In this document: piece by piece, positions 19,015 through 31,500 of the stretch
How the letters are laid out: each line of letters starts with the position of its first letter
Numbering within the stretch: position 1 is the stretch's first letter
Virus record (IMG/VR): IMGVR_UViG_3300025416_000004
Coordinates: 1 to 59,008 of that record
Origin: a virus
Lineage: Duplodnaviria > Caudoviricetes
Reading direction: 5' to 3' (one strand)
DNA: 59,008 nt
Position numbers and translations under genes: made by a program
Notes under the pieces: model-generated
What the model was told of the DNA's origin: nothing
Database searches by the model: none
Seen by the model: only the letters and a program-made list of their open reading frames with translations

Positions 19015-21158
19015 TGAAATCTCCCAACATCACTTCAGGCAGGGCGATAAAAACTACCGCCGGATGGCTCCACGGCGTCAATTCGGTACGCAATCCTTGG
19101 ACTCTCCCTGATAATCAGGTGAAATGGGCGCAGAATGTGAATTTCCGCGGCGGAGTCGCTCAAACGCGCAACGGATTCGACATGAGGCTGTCGTTACCTC
19201 AAGGAAATTTCCAAGGTGGCATCATTTTTAACGCAAACAAACAATCCAAGGCCGCTTCGGTTACCACAAACCTCTCCGGCGTCAAGATTTCACAACCTCA
19301 AACGATTTACACACCACAGGGAACCGATTCCCTTGAAACAGAGCTTTCCTACGCCCTATTTTGCGTCGATGGCAAGGTGTACTACGCTCCATTTCCCTTA
19401 ATTCAGCCTGCATCATGGTCTTCATACCAACTGACCAACATCCAGCTTGATCCTAATGTAAAAAAGGTAAATTTCGTGATAGCGACCCAGCAAGCATCAA
19501 CAAATGCCAGCGGGAATGTCACAATTACGCCATCACATCGAATTGTTGTCATCCAAGATGGAATAAACACCCCATGCTACTGGGATGGATCGGATATCAC
19601 GGGACAACTTGCACTTCAGATGCCTGTTGGATATTGGATGGCATTTTCAGGAAACCGCCTGTGGGTGGCTAATGGAAATATCATTTCTGCATCTGATTTG
19701 GCTAACCCTATTGGATGGAAAGAGCGCACATCCGGCGCGGGGCGCGGTGACTTTAGTGTTCCTAGACCAGTTACTGGGATGCATGATTTTGTAGGCCAGA
19801 ATAACAATACAAACCTGTATGTCTTTACAAGTCAGGCAACATACTCCCTGTCGAGCGGTATTCTTGATCGATCTACTTGGGCAAACACTCCAAACTTTCA
19901 AAGCACGCTTTTCCCTAGCGTAGGATGCATAGCTGGAGACAGCATCACTTTCCAGTCTGGGTTAATGTGGTGGTACTCGCAGGGCGGGCTGGTAAGCGCG
20001 GACGTAGCATCAAACAATTACCTATCCAGCCAAGTTCTGTTCAAGGATCTTGAGATGGCAAAGGTGAAACGTCTTATGGCGGCAGATTGTAGCGGGATAT
20101 GTGCTACAGCATTTGAAAACTACTTGCTTGTTTCTGTTCCTTACCTAGAGCCTCTTAACAGCGCGACGATGGCGTTAGATTACGCGGCGGCGAGCGAGTT
20201 GAGCGATGGCAGGAGTCCTGCATGGGCTGGAGTGTGGACAGGCATCAGGCCAATCACATGGTCAACGAACGTGATCAACAATCAGCCTCGCTTGTTTGCA
20301 TTCTCCGTAGATTACGCATCAACAAGCGACGGGTCGTTTAATCACCTGTGGGAAGCGTTCTCTCCCAACCGATATGACACATACCTGAACATCGCGCAGG
20401 ATGGATCTACGACACAGCTTGTAAACAGGATCTATTGCCAGCTTGAGACCGCCCTTCTTGGAGACTCGATGGATAAAAAACAATTCGTGTATGCCGAGAT
20501 GGATTGCTCACAGATCGCAGGAACAGCGGATGTGAGGGTTTCGTACCGCGGAACGAAAGGATCCTATCAACAAATCCTGAATACTCGCTTGCTAGCAGTC
20601 ACAGAAGAATACCAATACGCAACAAGTCCAGTTGCGGCTGAAATAAATGATCTTGGGTTTTTGCAGACGCAGTCACGCCGATTGACGACCGAAAATGTTG
20701 CTAGGAACACAATAATCAAGTCGTGTGAATCTAGTGACACGCTTGATGTGGACAAGGCATTTAGTCTTCTCATCGAATGGTGTGGCTCAATGGGTATTGA
20801 TTCCGCAAGAATGTTCCAAGACCCTTGGTCTGATACATCGTACGGAAAACCTTCGCAGGATGAGACGACTCCATGCGTTGTAGCCGAGGACGGGTCTTCA
20901 ATTGTTGTTGCGCTTGAACCTGCGCCTCAAGAAAACGCCGGAAACATTCTGACTTCATGGTCTAGCACTCAAACACGCACATACACGACGCCTCCATGCC
21001 CAGTTGGACAATCCGCAGTCAAGGCATCAGCCACAGCTACGGCATCCTACACCTCGTATATTTCTTTAGCTGACGCCATAGCTCAAGCTGGCGCGCTAGC
21101 TCTACAGGAGGCAACAAATGCCGCCAATCAGTATCGTGTAGCCAACCCTTGCAACTAA
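19014..21158 (+). CDS. Tail nozzle / tail tubular protein B-like (T7 gp12, P22 gp10 position)
   Basis: 714 aa; N-terminal AQNVNFRGG...RNG, beta-propeller-like AFSGNRLWVA..IISASD and VGCIAGDSI segments; precedes the ejection genes. Confidence 0.6.
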   Translation: MKSPNITSGRAIKTTAGWLHGVNSVRNPWTLPDNQVKWAQNVNFRGGVAQTRNGFDMRLSLPQGNFQGGIIFNANKQSKAASVTTNLSGVKISQPQTIYTPQGTDSLETELSYALFCVDGKVYYAPFPLIQPASWSSYQLTNIQLDPNVKKVNFVIATQQASTNASGNVTITPSHRIVVIQDGINTPCYWDGSDITGQLALQMPVGYWMAFSGNRLWVANGNIISASDLANPIGWKERTSGAGRGDFSVPRPVTGMHDFVGQNNNTNLYVFTSQATYSLSSGILDRSTWANTPNFQSTLFPSVGCIAGDSITFQSGLMWWYSQGGLVSADVASNNYLSSQVLFKDLEMAKVKRLMAADCSGICATAFENYLLVSVPYLEPLNSATMALDYAAASELSDGRSPAWAGVWTGIRPITWSTNVINNQPRLFAFSVDYASTSDGSFNHLWEAFSPNRYDTYLNIAQDGSTTQLVNRIYCQLETALLGDSMDKKQFVYAEMDCSQIAGTADVRVSYRGTKGSYQQILNTRLLAVTEEYQYATSPVAAEINDLGFLQTQSRRLTTENVARNTIIKSCESSDTLDVDKAFSLLIEWCGSMGIDSARMFQDPWSDTSYGKPSQDETTPCVVAEDGSSIVVALEPAPQENAGNILTSWSSTQTRTYTTPPCPVGQSAVKASATATASYTSYISLADAIAQAGALALQEATNAANQYRVANPCN

Positions 21159-21403
21159 TGCCAACGATCACCTACGCATCAACTCAAATAACAGAGTTTC
21201 CCAATCTGTTTGTGTCTCCATACGGAAATGACGGCATTATTCCGCTCTATTCAAGCGTGCCGATGACGTACTCATCCACGGGGTCTTGCCTACCATGCGT
21301 TGTTTGTGGTAATTCAAAAACACGGGCTAGTGTGATTGCGGAGCAATCTCAAAATGTCCAGCAAACATCAACAAATGGAATCCAGCTAGCAACTGGAGTA
21401 TAA
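21158..21403 (+). CDS. Hypothetical protein with CxxCxxC
   Basis: TAATG-coupled ORF containing CLPCVVC. Confidence 0.5.
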   Translation: MPTITYASTQITEFPNLFVSPYGNDGIIPLYSSVPMTYSSTGSCLPCVVCGNSKTRASVIAEQSQNVQQTSTNGIQLATGV

Positions 21404-21406
21404 ATA

Positions 21407-21793
21407 ATGACCCAATCAATAAACTTCAAATATGTCGCGCCAGAAACCCAAGAATTCAAGCAGATGCAGACATTCGCAGAGTCATTTGATCACTGCATAC
21501 TGCCAAGTCCGAATGCAAGCCTTCATGCGTTCTATCGAGGCGATGTTTGTTTCGGATACTTGGACACAATTTATCTTCCAGTTAGCTATCCGGCGTTTCA
21601 TCCTGCCTTAACTAGGCCAAATGATGTCATTAAAGCCATGTCTGGATGGAAGGCTCACACACAATTGTCAGGAAAATCAGGATATGTTGGAGTCCCTACA
21701 GAAGAGGACAATGGAAGGCCAAACTTCCCTGAATCAACTATGAATAAGTTAGGACTTTACAGATTGAAACGAGAACTTTATATTCCGAATTAA
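21407..21793 (+). CDS. Hypothetical protein, possibly GNAT-fold (T7 gp13 position)
   Basis: Size, position after the nozzle gene, GDVCFGY strand and C-terminal MNKLGLYR. Weak. Confidence 0.35.
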   Translation: MTQSINFKYVAPETQEFKQMQTFAESFDHCILPSPNASLHAFYRGDVCFGYLDTIYLPVSYPAFHPALTRPNDVIKAMSGWKAHTQLSGKSGYVGVPTEEDNGRPNFPESTMNKLGLYRLKRELYIPN

Positions 21794-21795
21794 TT

Positions 21796-22155
21796 ATGGG
21801 CGGATCTCCTCAACCTACACCTCAAGCACCAGACCCTACTCTGAACCTTGCTTTGCTTGGAATGCAAAATCAAGCAGGAATTGGTGCGTTAAAAGCACAA
21901 TCGGCAATCGATTTAGCAAAGTCTCGCACTCCGCTTGAAGCTAGGGTTCCTGATATCTATGGCCCACAGGGCGCGTTAAATGACACTAGCAAGTTAGCCG
22001 CTATTAACGCATACAAGAGCAAGCAGTTAGAACAACAGATGAATCCAGCCGCGGCAACCGCTCGTCAAAACATCCAGACCGCCGCCGCCCAAGATGTTAA
22101 TCCCAGTTATTGGCAAAATCAGATGGGTCAATGGAGTAAAAATGTTGGATTCTGA
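21796..22155 (+). CDS. Putative internal virion/ejection protein
   Basis: Starts MGGSPQP; Q/A-rich. Confidence 0.55.
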   Translation: MGGSPQPTPQAPDPTLNLALLGMQNQAGIGALKAQSAIDLAKSRTPLEARVPDIYGPQGALNDTSKLAAINAYKSKQLEQQMNPAAATARQNIQTAAAQDVNPSYWQNQMGQWSKNVGF

Positions 22156-22157
22156 TT

Positions 22158-22847
22158 ATGGCATACGCATCACCAGATCAAGTTAGTAGCCCATTTACTT
22201 GGCAAAACGAACTCCAAGATTGGACGAAAAGAGGTGGGCTACAAAACTACCTACAGACTGGGCTTCAAGATAGCACGATTAACAAATCTGGGTTTTATGA
22301 TAGAGCGACCGCCGAGGCTCAAGCACTTCGCGCAAAAACCCTAGCTGAAGCACAAGGGATTATCGGTCAGGCTCCTATTGCTGGAATTGATCCTGCCACA
22401 GCGGTATCTGCTCTTCAAAACGCTGACGCACAGGCAATTCAACAAAGAAACACAGCAAGGCAGGCCGGATTTGCTAATGCCGCAGGGCAACAGCAATCGA
22501 CCACTGATTGGATTAACCAAATGATGGGATCAACTGGTCAGGCTGTAAATGCACAGCAACAGGCTTGGCAGAATTATCAGCAGGCAATGATAAATCAAGC
22601 CGCTCAAAAACAAGCCGAGCAGAATGCTTTGATTGGAACTGGAATTGCCGCCGCCGGAACAATTGGAGGAGCCGCTGTGGCTGGGCCAATTGGAGCCGCA
22701 ATCGGTGGAGGTCTTGCGGGATTAGGTTCAAAAGCAGTAATGCCATCAGGAGGATACACTCCTGCCTCTTCTGCTCCTGCGGCGGTTCAACAACAATATC
22801 CTTGGATGGCACAATCCTATTCAGGCCCAAGCAATAACTATTCTTAA
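22158..22847 (+). CDS. Putative ejection/pilot protein
   Basis: Q/A-rich helix followed by a Gly-zipper hydrophobic segment (GTIGGAAVAGPIGAAIGGGLAG). Confidence 0.6.
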   Translation: MAYASPDQVSSPFTWQNELQDWTKRGGLQNYLQTGLQDSTINKSGFYDRATAEAQALRAKTLAEAQGIIGQAPIAGIDPATAVSALQNADAQAIQQRNTARQAGFANAAGQQQSTTDWINQMMGSTGQAVNAQQQAWQNYQQAMINQAAQKQAEQNALIGTGIAAAGTIGGAAVAGPIGAAIGGGLAGLGSKAVMPSGGYTPASSAPAAVQQQYPWMAQSYSGPSNNYS

Positions 22848-22852
22848 AAATT

Positions 22853-23116
22853 ATGGGAGGACATAATCCAAATTTAGGTAAAGACATCGGTCTTGGTGTG
22901 GCAACTGCTGGAGTATATCCAGCATTTGACTCCATGTATCATCACAACAAAAATCATGTTGGCGGAGAAGGCGCGTTCTTTGGACTTGGGCCTGCCGCAT
23001 TACTTCTTCCTCAAAAACAACAGCAACAACAGCCCGCTGAAATGAATGCTCAAAATCTTGCTATGCTACAGCAGATGCAAAACCCAAATCAAAATTTTAA
23101 CGGAGTAACATTCTAA
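22853..23116 (+). CDS. Putative internal virion protein
   Basis: Starts MGGHNP; Q-rich. Confidence 0.5.
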   Translation: MGGHNPNLGKDIGLGVATAGVYPAFDSMYHHNKNHVGGEGAFFGLGPAALLLPQKQQQQQPAEMNAQNLAMLQQMQNPNQNFNGVTF

Positions 23117-23120
23117 AGCT

Positions 23121-23624
23121 ATGGGCGGATCATCACCACAACCTCAATCGACGCAAACGGCACTTGATCCACAAATGCTCACATTGATCAAGTCAATGCA
23201 AGATCAACAATTGCAAGCTCAACAGCAGGCAATGAAACAAGAGCAGGCCGCTATCCGAAATTCTCAAGTGCAGGCCGCTCAACAGGCAGGCAGTGTCGGC
23301 AACCAACAAGCACAGCAACAGCTTGGACTCCAAAACCAATATCAGGAGGCATTGGATGCATCGGCAAAACAAAACGCTATGGGTGTAGGAGGGTACGCCG
23401 CCACTGGAGGCGCATTCGACCCTAATGCCGCCCGCGTTGCTCAACTTTCTAACCTTGGAGCCGCCGCTGGATCGCTTCCTACTAGCGTTTATAATCAAGC
23501 CGGATCTGGAGTTGCTCCAAAGAATCCTGCAATGACTGCCGCCGCTCCTGTCAATACAGGCGTCAGTGGTGCTAGCCAATTCAATCTTCCATCGACCCAA
23601 GGTCTGAAATTCGGAGGAATCTAA
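23121..23624 (+). CDS. Putative internal virion/ejection protein
   Basis: Starts MGGSSPQP; Q/A-rich. Confidence 0.55.
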   Translation: MGGSSPQPQSTQTALDPQMLTLIKSMQDQQLQAQQQAMKQEQAAIRNSQVQAAQQAGSVGNQQAQQQLGLQNQYQEALDASAKQNAMGVGGYAATGGAFDPNAARVAQLSNLGAAAGSLPTSVYNQAGSGVAPKNPAMTAAAPVNTGVSGASQFNLPSTQGLKFGGI

Positions 23625-23626
23625 CT

Positions 23627-25498
23627 ATGGCATTTTCACTTGAGACTGGCGGATATCAATTCGCACCTGCGTTTCCTCGTACCGATGACACACAGGCACT
23701 TGCTGGCATTAAGCCGCTGTCTTTTAGTGGAGGAGGCCAGTCTCCGTTGCAGTTCCAACCGCTAGCAGGATGGTCAACGCCATCAACTCACCCTGAATAT
23801 ATAACTCAAGGAATATCTAGTGGGCTTGGAGCAATTGCACAAGGCATTCAGGCCGCATACAAGAGCAAGACCGATCAGGCTCGCGAAGACAAACTTCTGG
23901 CGCAGAAATACGCACAGGAAGAGAAAATTGCAAAAATCAGGGGAGATGTTTCAGAGCAATTATTGAAGGATAGGATCGCCGCGGCAGGTGGAAATTTAGG
24001 GAAAGGCACAAAAAACCTTCCTGTAAGCACATTGGGTACATCAACTCAAACTCCCGATGATTCAGAGTCCTCCGCGGAAGATACGAGCTTGCCAGACCTT
24101 GAAAAATACAAGGGAAACTCATTCGCACCTCCCACAAAGGATTTTAACCTTCCAGAAAAACTTCAAGGCGAAGCTCCTTATCAGAAGGTGACGCCAGCAC
24201 CGAGTCTATTTGGAAGCCTTTCCGCTCCAGTGCCAGTGCCGCCCGCGGAACTCAAAGGTAATGCCGCACTTTCTGCGCTATCTTCAATTCCTTGGGGAAG
24301 TGTTTCCGGCGTTTACAAATCCGCTGGAGGAGTTCCACAAGAGACATACACTCCTAACGCTGACCTTTTGAGGAACCCTAACAAGGCTCTGTCAAATATG
24401 TCCACGTTCGCAAAATCTGGAGACATTGGAACGGACGCCGGACGCGCCGCGGTTATTGATGCTCTTGCAAAGGGATGGAATCCAAACGCTGTACCAAAAG
24501 ACCCCGCAATTGAGCAGATGATTGGTATGCCAGTCGCTGTATCGCAAGAAGACTTCAGGAAGATTGAGAAATACGCAAAGGCTCAAGGAATAGAGCCTCC
24601 TATTGCCGAAAAAGAGCAGTCAGATGGAAGTGTTGTGATGAAGTGGCCTCAACTCACTCCAGAGCAAAGGCTCATGGAGAAGACGCGACAGGACAGGCTT
24701 ACTTTCCAAGAGCAAAATAGGCAAGAAGCCGGATTTAAGGGAAGGGCGCACGCATTGATGACGACCCCAGAAGGGAAAGCGATCCAAAACCGCGTTGACC
24801 TCATCACTCAATTTTGGCCTGCCGCAGATGCCGCTCTTGATACGGATCCCAATGATCGGGTTTCTAGGAGGATTGCCGACTTGGATGCAATCGATAAGTT
24901 TACTGCATTTGCGAGCGGAAAACAGCCCACAGAAGCTCAATACCATGAGATCCAAGATTACACGCAAGGATATTTGCGCGATCTGCGCCAAAAAATTGAA
25001 AAGTCAGGTCTTTTAGACCCTAGTCAGGGTGGCGCAAGGCTATCTCCTGAAGATGTGATGACCATGAAGAGCATGATGGGAGAAACATTCAATTATACCG
25101 CCCAAAGATTTAATGCTCGCGCCAAAAACGCACGCAAGCAGGCACTCTATGACCGCCCAGACCTCCCAGAAGGAAAGAGGCCGCATGAGTTCCCTGTTCT
25201 GCGTACTGGCAAACAGGTAAAGACCGAATTCGATAACGAGACCAATAAGTTCAAGGCTTTGCATGAACAGCTTGTCGCCGCAAAAACTCCTGAAGAAAAA
25301 CAGGTTTTACAAGACAAATACGACGCTCAAAAGGAACATCTTTCAAAACTAGCTTCAGAGATGGCACAGATCAAAACCAACAAAGGCAACCCTTCCAACA
25401 TGGACGAATTGCTCAACCCAGACCCTGAAAAAGTAGGTGGTTGGCAGGAAGAAAACTTTAGCGTTGTTCCAGTGATGCTATCTCCTGTACAACCTTAA
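23627..25498 (+). CDS. Putative ejection (DNA-injection) protein
   Basis: 623 aa helical protein with GISSGLGAIAQGI segment, directly before the giant internal protein. Confidence 0.5.
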   Translation: MAFSLETGGYQFAPAFPRTDDTQALAGIKPLSFSGGGQSPLQFQPLAGWSTPSTHPEYITQGISSGLGAIAQGIQAAYKSKTDQAREDKLLAQKYAQEEKIAKIRGDVSEQLLKDRIAAAGGNLGKGTKNLPVSTLGTSTQTPDDSESSAEDTSLPDLEKYKGNSFAPPTKDFNLPEKLQGEAPYQKVTPAPSLFGSLSAPVPVPPAELKGNAALSALSSIPWGSVSGVYKSAGGVPQETYTPNADLLRNPNKALSNMSTFAKSGDIGTDAGRAAVIDALAKGWNPNAVPKDPAIEQMIGMPVAVSQEDFRKIEKYAKAQGIEPPIAEKEQSDGSVVMKWPQLTPEQRLMEKTRQDRLTFQEQNRQEAGFKGRAHALMTTPEGKAIQNRVDLITQFWPAADAALDTDPNDRVSRRIADLDAIDKFTAFASGKQPTEAQYHEIQDYTQGYLRDLRQKIEKSGLLDPSQGGARLSPEDVMTMKSMMGETFNYTAQRFNARAKNARKQALYDRPDLPEGKRPHEFPVLRTGKQVKTEFDNETNKFKALHEQLVAAKTPEEKQVLQDKYDAQKEHLSKLASEMAQIKTNKGNPSNMDELLNPDPEKVGGWQEENFSVVPVMLSPVQP

Positions 25499-25500
25499 TC

Positions 25501-28500
25501 ATGGCTGATCCAGACCTGAATGCAGATTTACAAAAGATCAACGAACTTGCGGGATTATCTGAAAAAAAAGAAGAGCCTCAAAAGCCTTTAGACAAGACAG
25601 AAATACCTGAAGTTGCGGCTGATCGTGCGGTAGCTGGTCAGCAATCAGAGATGGTTCCGAAGGTTCCGCCTATTGAGGATACGGCGACATCTTTATTCAA
25701 TGCTCCGACTCCGATCACGCCTGAAGAAATCAAGGCAAAGGAAAGTTACAAGGGTGGTGGCGGAGCAATGGGCGCGTTGCAGGCGTACAAAAAAGAAGCC
25801 GAATCAGGCAAAAAACCCCCCACTAAACCGCTTGCGGATATTGGCCTTGAAAAATCAAAGGAAAAAGCAAAAGAGCAGGGAACTTATGTTCCCAATTTGC
25901 AATCCGATCTTGATGAAATCAACGCAATCTCTCAAAAGACATCACAGGAAAAGCCTACGTCTATTGCAGATGAAATTATTGCCGCTGGCCCACAGGGAAT
26001 AACGCAATATCACAAGGACATGGTCGATCTGACGAAAGATCCCGAACTCCTGAACGAAATTTACGAGAAGGCTCCTTGGTACGACCTTGGGTCGAAGTAC
26101 AGGGATGTCTATAAATTCAAACAGAGTCCACAGAATGCCATGTCGGCGCAGAAGACTCTGGCTAGCCTGAAGCAATGGGGTAAGCAGATGGGTACGCAGG
26201 GTATAAACCTACTTGGAGACATCGGAGAGGACGCCGGAAAGCTACTCAATGCCGAAGACTACACAAACAGGCCATATAGCGAAAAACTCAAGGAGGTCGG
26301 CGCAGACGCAATTACTGGGCTGGATGAATTCCTTGGAATTCCCGTAGGGTCTTATAATTTCGGACAATATCATCAAAGCGGATTTGGGATTGTTGATGAC
26401 ATCCTGAAAAAGATGAATGGCATCTCGCCAGAAAGGCATGAAGCCAACTGGCAACAGCGAGCCGATGTCAGAAGATTGCAGGCGAATCGTGATGCAATAA
26501 CTCCATCAAACTTTGGCGTAGTTGCATCCGGCGTGATGCGTAATTTCATGCCTACGCTTGATCAGGTAATGGCTGAAAATCCAAACCTGTCCGCGGAGCA
26601 GGCCGAATACAAACTCCAGCAGGATACTGCCGACATCATAAAGAAAAACGCGCCTTCGCTATTACAGCCAGCAACAGAGCGAGGCAAAGAAGAAATCAGA
26701 ACTGGCGTAGGATTGCTAGTTCCTGAAGCTAACGCGGCAGTTGTAGGACTTGAAGGAATTGGCATGGGAATGCGGGGTCTTGCCAAGGCAGGCAAAGCAT
26801 ACGAACTCCAGAAGACCATTTCCAAGATGCCATATGTGGCGCAGAGGGTTGAGGCGGCTACAGCGGAGGATGCCGCAAAGATTGCATACGCTCAAAGGGT
26901 TGCTGAAGCTCGCCGTGTGCTTGAAGAAAAGGCAAAACAGGCGGCACAAAAGGCTGACGAGATTGGACGCGAAGGATACCACACAATTTTCGGTAAACAG
27001 ATTCCAAGGGTGGGAACGCTTGCAGGGAAGGGATACGATCTCCTCACATCACCACAACAGCCACTCACAAGCCTCCTGACGCCTGCGTTGGTCGGTGGTG
27101 GAGTTGGTTATGTAGAAAACCCAGAACACGGCGTATGGGGAGGAGTCACAGGTGCTGTCACTGGCGGTCTTCTCAAGAAATACGGCCCAGCGGCACTGCG
27201 ACAGGGTCTTGGACTCATCCGCGACATTGATCAGGCTTCCGAGATGCTTAATGGAAAGGTCGGGAATGTCTACAGCATCGCCGGACAGGCAGAGGACTCG
27301 TCTGCAATCACTAAAAGGCTATTTGGCGGAACGACACCGCAATCTATCATCAACGCACATGGGTTGGATTGGCTTCAGAAAAACGCTGTGCCATTTGCAA
27401 TGAAAGGCGTTCATGGCGGCGCGCTCATGGGTGCTTTGGGTATCCTTAACGATACGCCTAGCGATGAGTTGCCATCTGAAGCGATTCAGGGCGCATTGAT
27501 GACGATGCTACCATCGTTAGTTCATCACATCGGCACAGAGGCTCCTGAAGTCACGCGCAACAGGATACGTCAGGAGGATGCCAGCATCAGGAGCGCAATG
27601 GCTGATATGCCGGAAGATAGTCGAAATACAATCGAGCAGGCCAATTGGCAGATGGAGATTGATCGCCGTCGCGAGAATTACGAGGAAATGGTAAGGCAGG
27701 CGCAGGATACGCAGGCAATGGCTGACAATGCGCGTAATCCAAAGGAAAAAGCCAAGTTCCAAAAGGTTGCTGATGACACCAAGAAAATGGTCGATCATCA
27801 CCTGTCAAAGTACATTGGCGCGCTAACCGCGGATGTCCCTACTCGCCTTGAGTACAACAGGCAGTTCAAGTTGGCTGTAGCTCAACTGCATGAGCTAATG
27901 AACGGCGCAATGCGAGCAGGCCAGCAGAATATCGGCATGGAGATTTTAACTACTCCGCAGATTGTTGATAGGATTCTCAAGACGCCTGAATTTGCGTTAA
28001 AGATCAATCAGGAGGGAATGGCAACCGCAACAGCGCAGGCAGAGCAAATCGCAAAGCAAAAGGGATTCAGTGTAGACCCTAATTCCGGCATTACGCTCGA
28101 TCCTCAAAAGCCCGTGATGATCATTAACGCGGACACGCTTGCCCAACACCCAGAAGGCCCGTACAGGGCGTTGTTACATGAGGCCGGACACTCGCTGATG
28201 AAGATCCCGCAGTATGCGGACTTGCTGAAAGAAACAAAGAGAGAGCTTTTAGGTCATGTGGATATTGTGGATGGAAAGATCGTTGGATCATCCAAGGGGC
28301 AATACCAACCACAGGATCTGTGGCGGATGTTCTTCGACAAGTACATGAATGGAAAGTCCGTTGATGAGATCCGCGCATTCGCAGATCCTGCCGGATTGCT
28401 TGACCAAGATGGGAAGCTCAATGTTGAAAAGGTAGTCAATTACATGGGAGAAGAGGTGATGGCTGATGCCATTGCTAACACACTGGCTAATCGATTTGAT

Positions 28501-31500
28501 CATGGTCTTGGCGGTATGGCTGATCACCTCCGAGATTGGGCGCACCTGCACCAAGAGAGTTCATGGGTTGCTAGGGCGATCCAAAATGCACTTGGAGTCG
28601 GAGGTAGGGATCCGCGTGACACAAGTTACAGGCCAATTACTGGCGTCGAACTTACGCCGGAGGCCGCGGCGGCTACCGACAGGGCGGCTAGGATGATCCA
28701 CAACCTGAATGGCAGGGTTTCACCGCTGGAAGAAGTCAGCGACAGGCCAAAGATGACTCGCAAGGAGTTGGTCGCAAATCCCGTCTTGATGCAGAGGATC
28801 GGCGGAGTCTCTGGCATCGTAAAGACCAAGATGGTCGCAAAGATTTATGATCGGTTTGGAAAGCAGATAGGGGGCGCGGTAGACATTGAAAACCCTCTTG
28901 CCGCCGAAGGAACTTGGCTGGCAAATGATGATGGAACTACCAAGCAAACCAAGGGATATGGTCAGATTCCAGATGAACTCCGCGGAACCAAACTGCCAAA
29001 CGGGGCAAGATTAGAGGTTGAGAGTCAGGTGCTTTACCAACCCGATGGAGTGACCCCGATCTGGAATACACCAAAGGAGACCAAGAACCTCCGAAAGACT
29101 CGCGACAAGATGATTCGTGACGCGATCAACAACGCTCCGAATGATGGAACTCCCAACAGGATGGAGCCATATAGCGCGGATGAGTTAAGCATGGGTGGAA
29201 CGCTACAGCCAAGTCAGATCAAGGCGATCATGGATCTGCCGGAATCGATTGTTCCACTCAAAATAAAAGAAAATATCATCAAGCTGAATGACCTAATCAA
29301 GAGCGGTCGCAGGAGCTATACCGACTACTCGACCCATGTTGATAAAAATGGCAAGTATGTAGGATCCACGCCGCAGATCCGCGACAACCAATACACAAGC
29401 CTCCATTTCAGTAAGGCAGGGAATTTTACGGCAATAGCTATCTCATGGGATGCTCTGCATACCAAGATGAAGTTACTGAATCAGCGTATTCCACACTGGT
29501 TTGACTTGTGGGGAGGCAATACTGATAAATTTTACGATGAATTCGTAAATAAGTACCTTGTCAACATCGAGCAGGGAAGGCCAAACGATGTAAACCTTGA
29601 CGATGATCCAGCTATATCTGTTGCAAAGCGGGACAAGTTTAGGGATTTCCTTGGGTTTGATAACAAGTCACCCACAACGATCTACCCTGAAAAGACTACG
29701 ATTCCGAGGAAGAAGGGAGAGAAGAAAGCCGATCTTGAGAATGTAGTCAGGTCGTTCCGCTTGGACGCCATGATGGACATCATCGACAGCCCAGCCACCA
29801 GCCGGAAGATGGACAGGAATAAGGTTCTTACCAACTTCCTGCCAGCGGATGAGGGCGAGGAGCCTGCACAGCGCGTTTTAAGGCCGGAGGCTACCAGAGT
29901 TACCCCGCAGATCCTAAAGGGCATCACAGCGGCTCATACGACCGAGAATAGGCCATTTGGGGTGCAGTATGTATCTCCACAAGCACAAGCACCAAAAGCT
30001 GGCATCCAGTTCATGCCTGCCTCTGCCGAGATCCGCGAGGAGGGAACAAAACAACACCTTGAGTTTTTTGACCGCGAGCTAGAGAACAGCGGAATTAAAC
30101 AGAAGCCTGCTACAATGGCGGCTTTGGATGAGTTTATTCATAATTATGTTCAGGAGAAGTATTATACTGATGAAGGAAAGCCGTCTTCCTCGCTTTTTCC
30201 TAAAATCGACCCAGAGAAGATTAAGAACTACTACCAGAAGGTAGTCCGTAACGCTACTCCTGCACAGGCCGCAGACTTCCCTCCAGATTGGCTCCGTATC
30301 CGCAACATGAGTCAGGAGGAGTTCGATAGGTCATTTGATCAGGACAGGGTAGATCAGATCACGCAATTCAGGGTGAATGCGCTGGCAAAGAGTGCAAATT
30401 ACTTGCTTGGGGAGATGAAAGATCCTCAACAAACTGAATTACAAAAGAAGATAATTGAAATAAATGATGCGTTTGCAAGTGGTGATATTGGTTTGTGGGA
30501 AGAGAAACAAGCGGAGTTAGAAAGGTTAAATGGAGATACATATGAAAATCTTCGTAATGAAGCGTTTCGAGGCTCCTATACCCCATCCGAAGTAGCCGCC
30601 ATTCTCAATGCCTCATCCAAGTTTAGGATTAACGCTGGCTACAACGAAGAGGGCGAGATGGTTCCGCTCATCCAGAACATCAGCAACGGAAATGAGGCTG
30701 TTCCAAACGAAGTTTCAGGAGCAACCGCATCAAAAATTGCGGAGTATATGCGCCAAGGGATGTCTTCAAAAGACGCCTACACCAAGGGCGTATTTGATGT
30801 GATTAAAGCTCGCGCCGAAAAGCGCGGAGTTTACACAGGTTGGAAGAAGTATGATCAGTCATCCGACATGGGTCAGGCAGAGAAGTTGAACGCAGACTGC
30901 GCTGGCACTGGATGGTGTACAGGTGGATCTGTAGGAACTGCGAATAGCCATCTTACTGGTGGTGACTTCTATCTGTACTTTGACGAGGGAAGTCCTCAAA
31001 TAGCAATACGCACAGAGAATGGAGAAATTGCTGAAGTCAGAGGAACAGGAAAAGCCCAGAATATTACTGCGCCACAATATGACGCAGAAGCAGAGAAATT
31101 TATTCTTGGTGGAGAAGGCCCAACTGGAGGAGACAAATACCTCCATGATAGGAATTTTAGGAAAATGGCTGTTGAAATAATAAAAACAGGCGTTTTGCCA
31201 GTAGACGCATACAAATATTATGATCAAAATGGAGTTTTTTACCCACCATCACCAAAGCAAAGAGACTATGGAAATGGATTTGAGCAAGAATACCTTCAAC
31301 CATTTATTGATAATGCACCTAAAACTGAAGACATTCTTGATAAAAATGGAAACCTGTTAACTGGCCTTGTGTGGACTCCAGAAGACCCAAATAATAATAA
31401 ATACAAAAATGTTTCTGGAAAAATAATGGTGCGTGTTGATAAGAGAAATGGCGAAACATTTGAACTTCCATATTTGGAAAGCGCAGGAGAAATACTTACT

